A stretch of DNA of 64,000 nucleotides, taken from positions 186,001-250,000 of the forward strand of contig VJWM01000119.1 in the NCBI GenBank assembly GCA_010909165.1. The letters are read 5' to 3'. Shown one piece after another: positions 25,490 through 37,236 of this stretch; positions within the stretch are counted from its first letter, which is position 1; the number at the start of each line of letters is the position of its first letter. The notes beneath the pieces are model-generated. The model did not search any database. It had not been told where the DNA came from and saw only the letters and a program-made list of their open reading frames with translations. This DNA comes from Anthoceros angustus. Its lineage: Eukaryota; Plantae; Anthocerotophyta. A program made the position numbers and the translations under genes.

Positions 25490-25712
25490 AAACACTACCA
25501 CCCTATTAAAGAAACCCTTAAGTACTAACATAGTACCACACACCAATATCTATATAACAAAGACTACCACCCTATTAAGGAAACCCTAAAGTACTAACAT
25601 AGTACCACACACTAATATCTTATATATAAGAAACACTGACACCGTATTAAAGAAACCCTACCACCGTATTAAAGAAACCCTAAAGTACTAACATAGTATC
25701 ATACACCAATAT
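25490..25712. repeat. AT-rich tandem repeat of about 69 bp, about 3 copies
   Basis: ctaccaccctattaa.gaaaccct.aagtactaacatagtaccacac repeated. Confidence 0.85.
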
Positions 25713-25849
25713 GATATTATTAATCTTTATATAGCATTATAATTCTATACTACTAAATTATAAAATACTTTGTATCGCATATGTTCCCTCCCCTTTGTTA
25801 ACCTACCAGTCTCTTTACACAAGACATGCCAAATTTAAGAGACGAGAAC

Positions 25850-26260
25850 CCTAAAAGACTTTATAGAATTTTATATACAAACCACACATTTACCAGGAAG
25901 TACAGCGAGATGCAAACGGGCCACCTCTTTATTCCGCTCGCACTTGAAACGTATGGGGTGATGGCTATATTTCGATAAACTTTTATGCCACGCCTCAAGT
26001 AGCCACTGTAAGTTTTTCCTACTTCACAACATACTTCATATAGCGAGTCTCAATCAACCTTCAAAGGGCCCTCTTGATGGCGATTCTTAACAAGGCAGCG
26101 ACTCTCGATTGCCCTTCCAAGAGCCCTCTCGACAGATTCTTACAAGGCAGCGACTCTCGATTGCCCTTCCAAGAGCCCTCTCGACAGATTCTTACAAGGC
26201 AGCGACTCTCGATTGCCCTTCCAAGAGCCCTCTCGACAGATTCTTTGTAAGGCGGGGGCC
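25850..26260 (+). mobile_element. 3' remnant of a CRE/NeSL-like (restriction-like endonuclease) non-LTR retrotransposon, ending in a 49-bp tandem array
   Basis: The + strand encodes GHLFIPLALETYG (about 25918-25958), matching the FxPxAxETxG motif. The 49-bp unit, repeated three times at about 26090-26243, encodes RQRLSIALPRA, like the RQRxSIALQR C-terminal helix. Confidence 0.6.
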
Positions 26261-27229
26261 ACACGTGACGCTTCGTCGCTCCCTATCACCTTGACCTTAG
26301 GGGTCCTCCTTGGTTGTCCCTTGCGGGATGGAATTTTCCCATCATTTTTTCCCCTTAATAAAAGACTTTCATACATTTATATAAAGTATTGAGCATGTAG
26401 ATCTCAAACCCAAATCCTTTTAGGCTTTGTGAATAGAAATCTAGTACCATATTTCCTCGAAGGAAAACTTTATCACATCCCTTCTAGCCCTAGCCTTTGT
26501 GATATAGAGATATAACACCATATCACAAGTAAGCAAGCAAGCAAGCGAGCATTGATGTTCCTCTCCTTTGTAAAAGGGAAAACTTTCTCACATCCCTTCT
26601 AGCTTTCGTGGTATGGAGATCTAATACCATATCAGTGTTAAAGCATAATATTACTTTAGTTACAGCATAATAGTAATTTAGAATATAGTTCTGGTTTAAG
26701 TAGGTTGTCGGTGAGAATTGTGTGGTCCTCTAGTCCCCGCTCGCCGAGGCTGTCAGCTCTTCCTCCTCCTGAATATCCCTGGGGCACCTCCCTCACGGAC
26801 AGCGAAGGCGAACATGAAGCGTTGGGCGAATCCAGGCGGGAGCTGCGCTTGCGCATCATGGCCGCCATGGGCAATGGCGGAGCCTCTGGACCATGGATCT
26901 GAATCCTGAGGACGAGCGTGGGATGTACAGCGTGAGGGACCAAGCAAGAGGCGACGGCCCTGCTAAACGGGTCGAAGCGCAATCCAGCGCTGGGAAGGCT
27001 GGACTTGGACGCGTTCCAAGGATCCGGAACGACGGAAGCGTGCAAGGCACTCGCTGCTGCCGTCGTGCAACCCCGTTGCAGCGACGGGCAGTTGGGCTGA
27101 GTGTGGAAGGACTGGGTTAATGGAGGAGGCGGAGGCGGAGTTGCAGTGGGAGTCGTCTCACAGTCCATGTGCTGCTGCTTCATTCAACCAATCTGTCACT
27201 GAGCCCGTGCGTGAGGAAACTGGGAACCA

Positions 27230-28480
27230 ATTTATCATCAAGCTCGGGCTTGGGGTGTACGGACTGCCAGGAGGCTTGCAGGATAGCGCTGTGGAGGCTG
27301 CGCTCGCAGAAGCTTTGGCTGGCATGCTTCGCAGCTCCGTCCTCCTGACGGTTCTCGAAGTAAGCAGCTTTTTTGTGACGCGCGGATAGTGGGCACTAGG
27401 TCACTGGGAGAGCCGCATCCATGATCCATGAGCGTTCCGTGGGTGACGAGGAGGTGGATCCTCTCCTGCTGGCAATCCTGCATAAGTGCACCAAGCCGCA
27501 AGAGCTGACACTCAGGTTTCGGATACCCTACGGGACGAGCAAGTTCACCAAGGAGTTTTTAGGGTTTGACGCATAACAAGCCTGGCGTGAAGAAGCTGGT
27601 GTTGAATGGCTGGGACGGGCTGGACGATGACATGTTCGAAGGCCTGATTCAGTCTGTGTCCACCAACACCGCCCTGGAGAACATCTCTGTCCAGGGCAGC
27701 TCGTGGGAAGGGCTAGGCGAAGGCGAACGTCTGGCGAAAGCGTTGAGGGATGCGAGAGTGAAGCCGATTCCTTGCTTGCAGAGCTGGAGTCCGAGTCTCT
27801 AGCGGTGCGACAACTCCCATGTGTGGATTACTGGGGTTAATACTTCTATTGCAGTTGCCAGGACGGGGAGTTCCAACACCTCGGGGAGCGGCAGTGGGAC
27901 GTGCGCCTGCGCCTGCTCACAGCCATCGGCAAATGCCGCACGCTGAGGGAGATCGATCTGAATGCTCTGTGCAGCAAGGTGGGTTGCAGAAGCGTGAGGC
28001 TGGTAGGCTCAAAATCCTCTTGACGCTTCTTTCAATCCCTCCGTCACATAGCTGACACTGTTTTGTCCGGGAGGCCAGGAGGTTGTGGAGGCGGGGCTGG
28101 GAGAAGCCCTGGCTCGGGTCCTGCGCTCCAACTGTGCTTCCAATGAGCTCTCAATTGACAGCTTTTTCGACACACGCGGATTGGAAGCAGTACGTGAAAA
28201 CAGCAGTAGACTGTCCTGGAGTTGATCCTTGAGTTTGACTAGCCCTTAAGGCTTTTTTCAAATTGTTGCACAACAACCGCAGCATGAAGACGTTGGTGCT
28301 TTATGGCCGCAAGGGTTTGGATGAAGGCATGTTCCACGACGAGGTCTCTGGGACCTGACTCCAACAACGTTCTAGAAAACATTTCTATGCAGGAGACATC
28401 ATGGGACAACTATGGCTGGGAAAACTATGGCGAAAGAAGAGATATCCAGGATGCTCTCATCAAAAACAGACGCAGAATAA
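27230..28480 (+). pseudogene. Decayed RNI-like leucine-rich-repeat gene (TORNADO1-like LRRs) with an internal duplication
   Basis: Fragments include EAALAEALAGMLRSSVLLTVLEV and HNKPGVKKLVL...GLDDDMF...STNTALENISVQ. A second diverged copy at 28050-28480 reads EAGLGEALARVLR, HNNRSMKTLVL, SNNVLENISMQ. Stops and frameshifts occur throughout. Confidence 0.5.
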
Positions 28481-28945
28481 TATCAAGTGTTGGACGGCAG
28501 GGTAAAAGGTGCCCCACGCTAGCTAGCTAGCTGCCTACCTACTGCGTTGTCTTCATCTCTTCACACAAACCCACATCTCACTTCCGCAGCTTTTTCAGAT
28601 GTGCCACCACCAGTGTGTCCTGACAGATGAACTATTAGAGAGGCGATTGCTGAGAAGTAACAGGTTGTGCATATTACACCCAGTCTTGGGCAGATTATCA
28701 CCGACAACATGCAAGGCTGGCCACCAATTTTGATCCGCAACTGTGATCAATAGTCATGTCATCATGGGGCGAGAAGAGTATCTGGCCAGAGCTGAGGCCG
28801 AGTTTCAAGGTTTGTACATCTGAATCATGTTATCGTAGGTTGTGTAATTAGCTACCCGGGTTGTGCAAATGTAATTTCTCAGTAGCCTAGATGTATGACT
28901 GAGTAGTGTACACCGTTCCTTGCAAACTCTGAGGTTGCACCTGTA

Positions 28946-29395
28946 GCAGAATGGAAATTAAACAGCCGCTTCTCTGTGAACATTCTACACAGGTGAATAT
29001 TCTACACAGCTATCTACGCAAGTGAAGTCTCCAGTGCAGTAAGTACAACATATTGCTGGGAGCTATCCTAACCACAATGTGGAAGCGGGCCAACGGAGAG
29101 CAGAGGTTTGGCAGTGATTATACATGGAAGAAGACAAGATGTGAATTGTTGCCCTCCGACTACAGCTGCTCCAAGTCTGACTTCTTCCAAGTCGCCTTCT
29201 GTCTATTACTGTTTCAAGCCTTGTCCTCTTCCATGCTTACAATCACTGCCAAACCTCTCCTCTCCATCGGCCTCCTTCCACATTGTGGTTAGGATGACTC
29301 CCAACAACATGTTGCACCTCCTGCAATGCAGACTTCACTTGCGGGGATAGCTGTGTAGAATATTCAGAGAAGGGGATGCTTGATTTCCGTTCTGC
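28946..29395. ncRNA. Long imperfect inverted repeat, candidate MIRNA or hairpin-RNA locus
   Basis: Arm 28946-29145 is the reverse complement of arm 29213-29395, with a 67-nt loop. The 21-bp core at 29065-29085 / 29275-29295 is perfect. The fold-back is directly visible; transcription is not shown. Confidence 0.55.
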
Positions 29396-30118
29396 AGATT
29401 TGCGGCTCCCTGGTTGAATGATTTCTAAATGTTTTGCTATCGGGATGCATGTTTCAATCTTTCTGACCAGCCAAAAGGCTGAGACAAGATGTTCCTCGCT
29501 GAAATGGCATCAGAGGCCTGTCTGTCATCGCACAAAGACAGTAGACAAAGCGGAAGATAGCTCACATGAGCTAGTGCGTGAAGTCCCATTTAGGATCTCC
29601 ACTAAATGGAGCCTTCACTGCTCGGACGATGCCCAAAAAGCTACATCTACATGGCTATCTCATGGATATGGATTTGGCCATGTAAACACCTACTTACATG
29701 TGAGAGCAGGTACATTCATATGTGCCATTCTCATTCTCTAGAGTGTTCGAATGGGAGGTATGAGAGAAAATAAAGCTTCGAAAATAAAGCCTCTAGAATC
29801 TTCCGGCTAAACATTTCGGGCGAAATCTGGCACCGTTATCTTGTCAAATTTGACAAAGGAACAAGTGGGAGGGACAAGGAGTGGGGCCGCAAGATCTCGC
29901 GCCTAGTTTGGCGAAACCTTGTTGAATCCGGTCACGCATACCAACTCGGCTCGTCAGTCGTCCCCAGGATTTGAAGCTGGTGGAGCATAGCGGGTACCGA
30001 TTGCTTGACAGTCTGTGACTCTCCCGGTGCTGCCGTCGGAGACTTAGGTTGCAGGAATCCCCGGATTCCTGCATTTTGCTGCCGGGAGAGTCCAAGAATT
30101 TGCGTTGTTGAACGGGCT

Positions 30119-31413
30119 ATGGCGGCGGTGGCGGCCGCAACAACTTCTGTAGCAGCTGCCGTGGCAGGGGCCAGAAATGCTTCACCCTCGGGAGCCTCCG
30201 GGTCTGTGCGCACCTGCGTAAGCGGCGGCCTCTCTTGCTGCACCAGAGCCGCCTTGTTGCCGTGCCTTTCGCTGCGCCTGGGCGGAGGCAGGCTGTCGTC
30301 TCGTGCCGTCCGCAGGCTCAGGCCCTTCTTGGTGGCTCAGCGCGCTGCTCAGGCCGAAGCCAAGGTCAGATGTCGTGTGGGACTGCCTGGTACAGTTAGG
30401 TCTTGGGGAACGTCCATGGCTGCTGTGTTGTGACCTAGAATGCAGAGCTGGATCCTTGTCGTCTCATCCGTGGCTGGTCAGTCAGATGTGGAAGCGTGAT
30501 GGAGTTGTGTGACAAGTGTTGGAGTCTCTCTTGAACGATGTGGAGTTTCGTGATACACTCTGTTGCTCACTTTTTCTTGTGCATTGGCCTCAGGAAGATG
30601 AGGAGGAAGACGAAACGGAATCCGAGGGTGACCAGGTTCCTGAATCCTCGAGTTCAGCTGAGGCTACTGTTTCTGGTGCTTCTTTGATCGACACTATACT
30701 GAAGGAACTTAAAGAGGCTTTAGCGGCTGAGGACGAAGATGCCGTGGCAAATCTAGAGGGCCAACTGCGGCTTTTGGAGCAAGAGAGGGAATCTCTGTTT
30801 CAGCAAGTTGCGTCTCTCACGGAGGACATTTCCCTAGCGAATCAACGGTTCCTCCGTCTTAATGCCGACTTTGACAACTACAGGAAAAGGTCAGAGCGGG
30901 AGAAGGTGTCCTTGTCGGATTCTGCTAAGGGGGATGTGATTGAAACCCTGCTCCCTATGATCGACAACTTTGAGAGGGCAAAGGGAGCCATCAAAACTGA
31001 GACAGAGGCTGAACAGAAGATAGACAGCAGTTATCAGAGCATCTACAAGCAGTTTGTGGACGTGATGAGAGCCTTGGGAGTCTCTGTCGTCGAAACTGTG
31101 GGAAAAGAGTTCAACCCAGAGGTATGTCGTCTTTACATGGCCACTCCATATGTTTATAAAGAAGCTTTGCTGTAAGGTCTCAGAGCACGGCCGTTTCCAC
31201 GTCTTGATGCAGGTACACGAGGCTATAATGCGTGAAGACTCTACTGAATATCCGGACGGCATTGTTATACAAGAGTTCAGAAAAGGTTTCCGAATTGGAT
31301 CCAAGCTTCTGCGACCTGCTATGGTGAAGGTATCAGCAGGTCCAGGGCCATCCAAGTCAGCCCCACCCCCTGCCCCTGCGGCAGAGCCGGCCGAGGAAGA
31401 AGTAGGGTCTTAG
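30119..31413 (+). CDS. CGE: Chloroplast GrpE nucleotide exchange factor (324 aa)
   Basis: Ala/Ser/Arg-rich transit peptide; LRLNADFDNYRKR, LLPMIDNFERA, FNPEVHEAI, GFRIGSKLLRPAMVKVS. Exons 30119-30364, 30594-31121, 31213-31413. Confidence 0.95.
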
Positions 31414-32129
31414 AGATTTTTGAGTCTTACTACGTAGTTGAGAGTGCTTCCTGCTGCCCAAGGTTGTGGTTTGCAGATGCGGCGAGTCCGACTTGACGGT
31501 TGAAGTATGCAGCAACACTTGTTCCCTTGCCGAGCCCATCCCATCCCATTCATCCATCCTAGCCCACTCATCCCATAGCATAGAGTATTTAGTAGTATGG
31601 CCACAACGAGTATGAGGACTCCGCAAGGACTTGGCGGCTGTTCTGGTAAGACCGAAGTCCTGCGGATCTCTTGAGCTATTGGACTCTCCAGAACTTTCTC
31701 GAATTTAAAAATCAGAAAGCCTCCTGTTAGAAAAGGTAATGTTCCGTGTCAAGGCCGTACCACCTCATCAAGAGCATCGAAATTCATCACACCGGTGTAC
31801 GTTTATCTGCTCTGCAAGGCCTCTGCCTATCTGTGAAAACTTTCAGCTCTCTGATCAGGTTTGAGATACTTTTCATGTCAATCTCTCCGTAGATATCCAG
31901 AAATTGCTTGCTATTGGCCTGAACTAAGGTTTTACTGGAAGAGAGAATGCATGAAGAAGGGCGTAGGATGAAGATGGGGGTTGTTCCAGCCCCCAATGTC
32001 AGCGTCGCTGCCGTGGCCCATGCGTGAACGGCGACCACACACTTGACCTGGTCACCTGAGATCTCTTGTATGGCGTGCTGGCCAGGTGTGTTCATCGTGG
32101 ATGACAAACAAGAGGCTCTCAGGTAGTCG

Positions 32130-33400
32130 TGCATAATTCCCAGTGAAATCGAGCATCAAAGCTCAGCCTCCTGCCAACCGCCAGTACAGTGTGTAATTGC
32201 ATCCACGACAGCAAAATGTGTGGCCCAATTACAACTGACGTTCCAGACTCCGAGCTACATTCTAAAACTCGGGCTCCCGGAGTAGTCCAATCCCCCTCCC
32301 CCCCCTTTAGCTGCCTCGGGTTGGACTCTGGAGTATTCATGGCGAGGAGGTACATGGCTCTGCTGAGGCCCTGCTGGCATTCCAGCGAACATGGACGATC
32401 TGTGCAGGAAATGAAGCTGACTGGACGGATCGAACTCCGTCGTGGAACGACACAAATATGTGATTGTCTGATCCTGGAAACTTTGTGCCACAGCTGTGGA
32501 TTGGGGTCAGGCAAGCAGGCCGTGCTGATGTTGTAAGGGGTTGGGATGAACCGGTTATATCCCTAGACGGTTGTCTGGCAGACATGGGAAATGTGGAAGC
32601 ATGTCAAGGTTTGAGAGGCGCTCCATAGGTTGCCGACCAAGGTGGTGGCCGCATGGATCGCCATGGCTGTACAAGTCAAGAATTCAGCACTTTGCAGGAG
32701 AAATCATGTCATCTCAAGCGCACGGGAGCTTTACTTCATGGGGAATGCACCACAGTGTCCGAGCTTGGATGTAGAGATTCTCGCAAGGGTTTAGGCAAGT
32801 TGCTTACCGAAAAATGTTGCACATGAATGGGCCTGTTTCTGGGATGTCTGCAGTGGTGCGCCTGTTTCTGTTTATTGGTCAGGAGGCTCCGGTGCGCTCA
32901 GTCATGCCTTCTTCATGCATATCACTGTAAGGACGGCTTCATGACCTTGCCCTGCTGGTAATAGCCTGACTCTGATCAAGGCCGCCGTGGATTGAGTCCG
33001 TTAAATACCGTTGGATGTCTTCCCAGCTGCTACATGCTCACCGAGCAACTACAGACAGACCAATCTGGCTCAGCCCTACTAGCCAACTCACAAGGATGCG
33101 GTCCTTGTTCCAATTCATACCACATCGAGACATCCGGCTTGTCAACCACCTGGCACCTGGCATCTGCAGCATAGCATGCTGGAAGACCCTTCTCCTCTTA
33201 GATGGAGTGGGATCCTCATTACAAGAAGCCAAGCAAGTACAGAGTCAAACAACGAAGCCGCGAGCTGCCGTTCCTCTGCTGCATCTTGCGGCTGCGTTGT
33301 TCGACTGTGTAGAGGCAGGTGAGCGGGAATTCTTCCTACAAAAACACCAAATCCACCAATTCGTTGGCCAGTCTGCTGACATCTCCTTCTACCTACCGCA
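32130..33400 (-). pseudogene. Possible highly decayed F-box gene
   Basis: The minus strand near 33390-33300 reads SRLANELVDLVFL*EEFPLTCLY, resembling an F-box (LPxELxxxIFxRLP). Downstream there are only fragmentary ORFs. Confidence 0.25.
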
Positions 33401-33735
33401 ACGCTCCAGGCAACCATACGGGACCCGAAACTCTCGCGATCCGTTTACAGCGGGAACTTAGGGTGTATTAGGGCTTGCTGGCTGTCGCGCACTGTATCAA
33501 CCCTTCCGACAAAGCGGAAAACATCACGAAAGACGTCAGGTTTCCCGCTCCCAAGTCTTTGTTCGATCTGTCATCTGCTCTGCTGTTGAAGGCATAGAAA
33601 GGACTTGTGGTGATAACCGGACGATGCTTGTCACGGTCGATCCATCTCACCGCAGGCTTGATAAAATCGGTCTCTTCATGAAATTTTCACTTAGGTGCCT
33701 GTCTATAACAGGCAGGCATATGTGTAGGACTGTGG

Positions 33736-33797
33736 GACCCTAAACCGTGTTTATAAAGGAGAGGCTCCTGACCTCGCTTTCCGTTAGGGTTACCCTA
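33736..33797. promoter_or_regulatory. Telo-box-like motifs upstream of RPL24
   Basis: accctaaacc (about 33737), ttagggtt (33784-33791) and acccta lie just upstream of the ATG. Telo-boxes are typical of plant ribosomal-protein promoters. Confidence 0.45.
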
Positions 33798-33861
33798 TCA
33801 AGGGGCACTGACTCTTCTCTCTTTGATACTACCCGTCGGCTCGCTTGCTGGGGCGGTCGCA

Positions 33862-34756
33862 ATGGTGCTCAAGTAAGCTTGGCATACCGCCGGATCACAT
33901 CGTGTCTCACGCTGTGTCTCGTTTCCCACTGAAATGCATGTTTGTTCTCGTCGTTGCGCTGCAGGACAGAGGTCTGCCGTTTTAGCGGCGCTAAGATATA
34001 TCCAGGCCGTGGTATCAGATTCATCCGCAGTGACTCGCAGGTGGGGCACATGACTGCTGGAATGAAGTTGCTGTGTTTGAGATGCTCACCTTGTCTCACT
34101 CTGAGGCGCGTTTTCAATTGTGGCAGGTGTTTCTGTTCGTGAATTCCAAGTGCAAAAGGTATTTTCATAACAGGCTTAAACCCTCCAAGCTGACATGGAC
34201 CCAGCTGTTCAGGAAACAGCACAAGAAGGTGAGCTTTTGATGCTTTTCGTGCTTGGCTGCTCCTGTCTCGCTCGGTACTGAGAACTTAGGGTTAGGCTTA
34301 TCATTGTGTTCTGTCGCCTCGCGGATGAGACCCTAGTGTTGGTGGTATCTGTGTGTCTCGTCAGGATATTCATGCTGAGGCCGTGAAAAAGAAGAGGCGG
34401 ACCACCAGTAAGCCTTACTCTAGGTCTATTGTTGGGGCTTCGCTGGAAGTTATTCAGAAGAAGCGGGCAGAGAAGACTGAGGTGCGAGCGGCTGCTCGGG
34501 AAGCTGCGCTCAGGTAATGTCTCTTGTCGTCAATTCGTGTATCGTCCCCGCCCTGCACAGTGCTTGCGTAAGTCTGAGGTCCGGGGTGCACATGGACAGA
34601 GAGATCAAGGAGCGCATCAAGAAGACCAAAGACGAGAAAAAGGCCAAGAAGGCTGAGGCTGTTGCGAAGATCCAGAAGGGCTCTGGAAAGTCTGCCACAT
34701 CGAGGGCAGCTTTGCCAAAGGGTCCTAAGGTTGGTGGTGGTGGTGGCAAGCGGTGA
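33862..34756 (+). CDS. RPL24: 60S ribosomal protein L24 (eL24), 164 aa
   Basis: [51 protein letters not shown]...GGGGGKR. Exons 33862-33872, 33965-34040, 34127-34228, 34365-34513, 34600-34756. Confidence 0.97.
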
Positions 34757-35341
34757 TTTTGCCTCTCATATTTTTCGAGCTCATTAGGTGTACCTGGGAG
34801 AGACCCGTGGTGAGGCACATCTTGGTGCCTTCGCGTCATTCCTTCTTTCAAGAAGGAACGGAACCAATGCTATTTTACTACCTTCACTGCCTCCGTAGGC
34901 AGTCTTTTATGGCATGAAATCCTTTCGTGCAATGTACTTCATGATTACCGGATGTGCTCCTTTTTTCATACATCGCATTGTTTAGGGTCTTGTCCCATCA
35001 ATTAAGGGATTGTCTCTAATACTGACCATCAAAATTTGATGGAAAGGCTATCAGCACCCGCTCTCAAGAGTATTGTGAAAGATTGCTTGGTCGGTGTGAA
35101 CTTCGGAGAGAACCGGAGGCCCATATTCGAGAGTCCGCATCCGAACGTCACTGAACCCCCCAAGCAGACTTGTTATGGTTGGGCAAAGGATTTTGGTGAG
35201 GTAAAATCTGCCCCCTTTCACACGAGGTCTGGGCTGAGCCTAGACCCTTGGTGCAAGTAGGTTAGCTGCACCATGGTCCAAGCTGTGAAGTACCAAATCC
35301 CATGACTGGAAATTTCCGTCCAAGTGGACTAAAATAGACTC

Positions 35342-35371
35342 CTTCTTCTTCTTCTTCTTCTTCTTCTTCTT
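35342..35371. repeat. (CTT)n microsatellite upstream of KELP
   Basis: About 10 CTT units. Confidence 0.9.
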
Positions 35372-35612
35372 TAGGGGATCTGGGGTTTAAATTTTCCTGT
35401 AATACACGTCTTCGCCTCCTTCTTCTTTGAGGGCTCTGGGGTTTAAGACGGAAACTCGCCGTTTCATGTTTGCGAGGGAAGCACAATGGCCTTGCGGGAT
35501 TGAATTACGGTTGCGGTATAACTCTGCTCAGCAGGTTGCTGGCATTCAGGTACGAATAGATGCGAAGCAATTTACAGTGCAAAAGACTTGGAGCACAAGC
35601 CGAGGCACCAAC

Positions 35613-36410
35613 ATGGGCAAGGATGAAGAGGAGAGAATCGCGGCTGCTGTGCGTAGCATCTTGAAAGCAGCTGATATGGATGTCATAACAGAGGCAAAGG
35701 TGCGGAAGCTGGCCTCAGAGGAGACAGGAATTGACCTTTCTCAGAAGCGGTACAAGCAACGGGTGCAAGAGCTGATTGAGGAGTTCCTGGTGTCGGAGGA
35801 TGCTCGAGAGGACTCAGAAGCGGAGGGTGAACCGCAGGAAACGCCTGCAGAATCCCGGGAGGAGGACGGTGAGAATGACGAGGAGGCGGCCGTCCAGCCA
35901 CTGAAGAAGGCCAAGCATAGCCCTACCGAAGAGGAAGGCAGGGAGGATGGGAAGGGTGCAAGGCAGGAGAGAACTAGGATGGACGATGGAGCGTTGCTCA
36001 TCTGCCAGGTATTTGTCTTCTGTCTCTGCGGCTCGCAGAGTTGAATTATATGCCATGGGTACGAGGGCTTGTTGTGTGTGATTGGTCACTCACTTGTGCC
36101 GTTGTACCGTTGGCAGCTGACCTCGAAGCGCAATCTCACTGTCTCCGACTGGAAGGGGATGAAGTTAGTGTCTGTCCGAGAGTTCTACGAGAAGGACGGC
36201 CAGACGTTACCTGGGAAAGGTGACCGATTACCCGGCAACAACTTCCATCACCCTCTATCTGGTCGGTGGCCCTTTGGTTCTGTGGTACTAATGAAGTGGA
36301 AAACTGTACTTGCAGGCATCAGTCTCACGCGTGACCAGTGGAATGAGATGAAGAAGGGCTTTCCAGCCATAGCAGATGCAATTCAAACGTTTAAGAAAGA
36401 CGCCACATAG
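35613..36410 (+). CDS. KELP: RNA polymerase II transcriptional coactivator KELP (DEK-C plus PC4 domains), 197 aa
   Basis: DEK-C: ILKAADMDVITEAKVRKLASEETGIDLS. PC4: [32 protein letters not shown]. Exons 35613-36008, 36117-36219, 36316-36410. Confidence 0.93.
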
Positions 36411-36622
36411 TTTTGGGACATGCTGCAAGTTGCTAGAGTGCCTGCAAGTTGCCTCATTCTTCAACCTGTGCCTGTGCAAAGTTACCAGCTTGCCCTGCCC
36501 ACCCACTGTGCAGCAGACCATCGTTCCACCATGGTGGCGGCCCTCCTGGCATGTCTTGCCCCCGACGACGGCTTTTCCAGGTCACATCGCCCGCTTGTTG
36601 GAACCTCGGTTTTGGCACTTTT

Positions 36623-36735
36623 TTCCAAGATCTCACCATGGTGAGATCTTGGAACATCAACCAAGGTTGTTGGTTGATGTCACCACTTAAGGTTGTTGGT
36701 TGATGTCACTACTTAAGGTTGTTGGTTGATGTCAC
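36623..36735. repeat. Perfect 32-bp palindrome followed by a tandem repeat of about 26 bp (three copies)
   Basis: ttccaagatctcacca|tggtgagatcttggaa (36623-36654), then aaggttgttggttgatgtcac three times. Confidence 0.9.
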
Positions 36736-37236
36736 CATGATCTTCAAGTTTTTAGTTGATGGCCCGTTTGCCTGCCCCTCCCATTTAGGATTTCTTTCTG
36801 CCCTGAGCTTTCATCAAACGGGATGGACTTTCTTTGAGACAGAACTCTCTTTGACGTTTGCTTGTGGTCGGCAGTGTAAGCTGGTGTGATAAATTGCAAC
36901 CGGGCGGCTGAACCTCGGTTGCAATTTTTGTTTAGCGAAAGGAAAATGGTGGAGAGGTTCGTGTACAGAGCTTGGCAATCGATATTACAGGTATAATCTC
37001 ATCGGAAGAGATGAGCTCGTTTCCCAGCAGCAAGTAATTTTTTATTTGGCAGGCCTCCTTCAGACCTGAAAGAATCAGAAGTCGACTAGTGGTAACAAGT
37101 AATGTACAAAGCGGGCAGGGGAGGGGGGAACCAATTTGACATCCCACCCACTCTCCTCCCATCGAAGGCTCTCAAGACTAACCAAATACTCAAAACTGAT
37201 TGCCATCTTCATCACTTTCATGCGAACAACTGCACT

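Noticed and set aside
34238-34282. C/D-box snoRNA in the RPL24 intron (tgatgc...ctga)
   Set aside because: Box C is imperfect, the span is only about 45 nt, and I recognise no rRNA guide.
36891-36933. Rho-independent terminator
   Set aside because: The shape fits, but the mechanism does not apply to Pol II plant nuclear genes; kept only as a hairpin.
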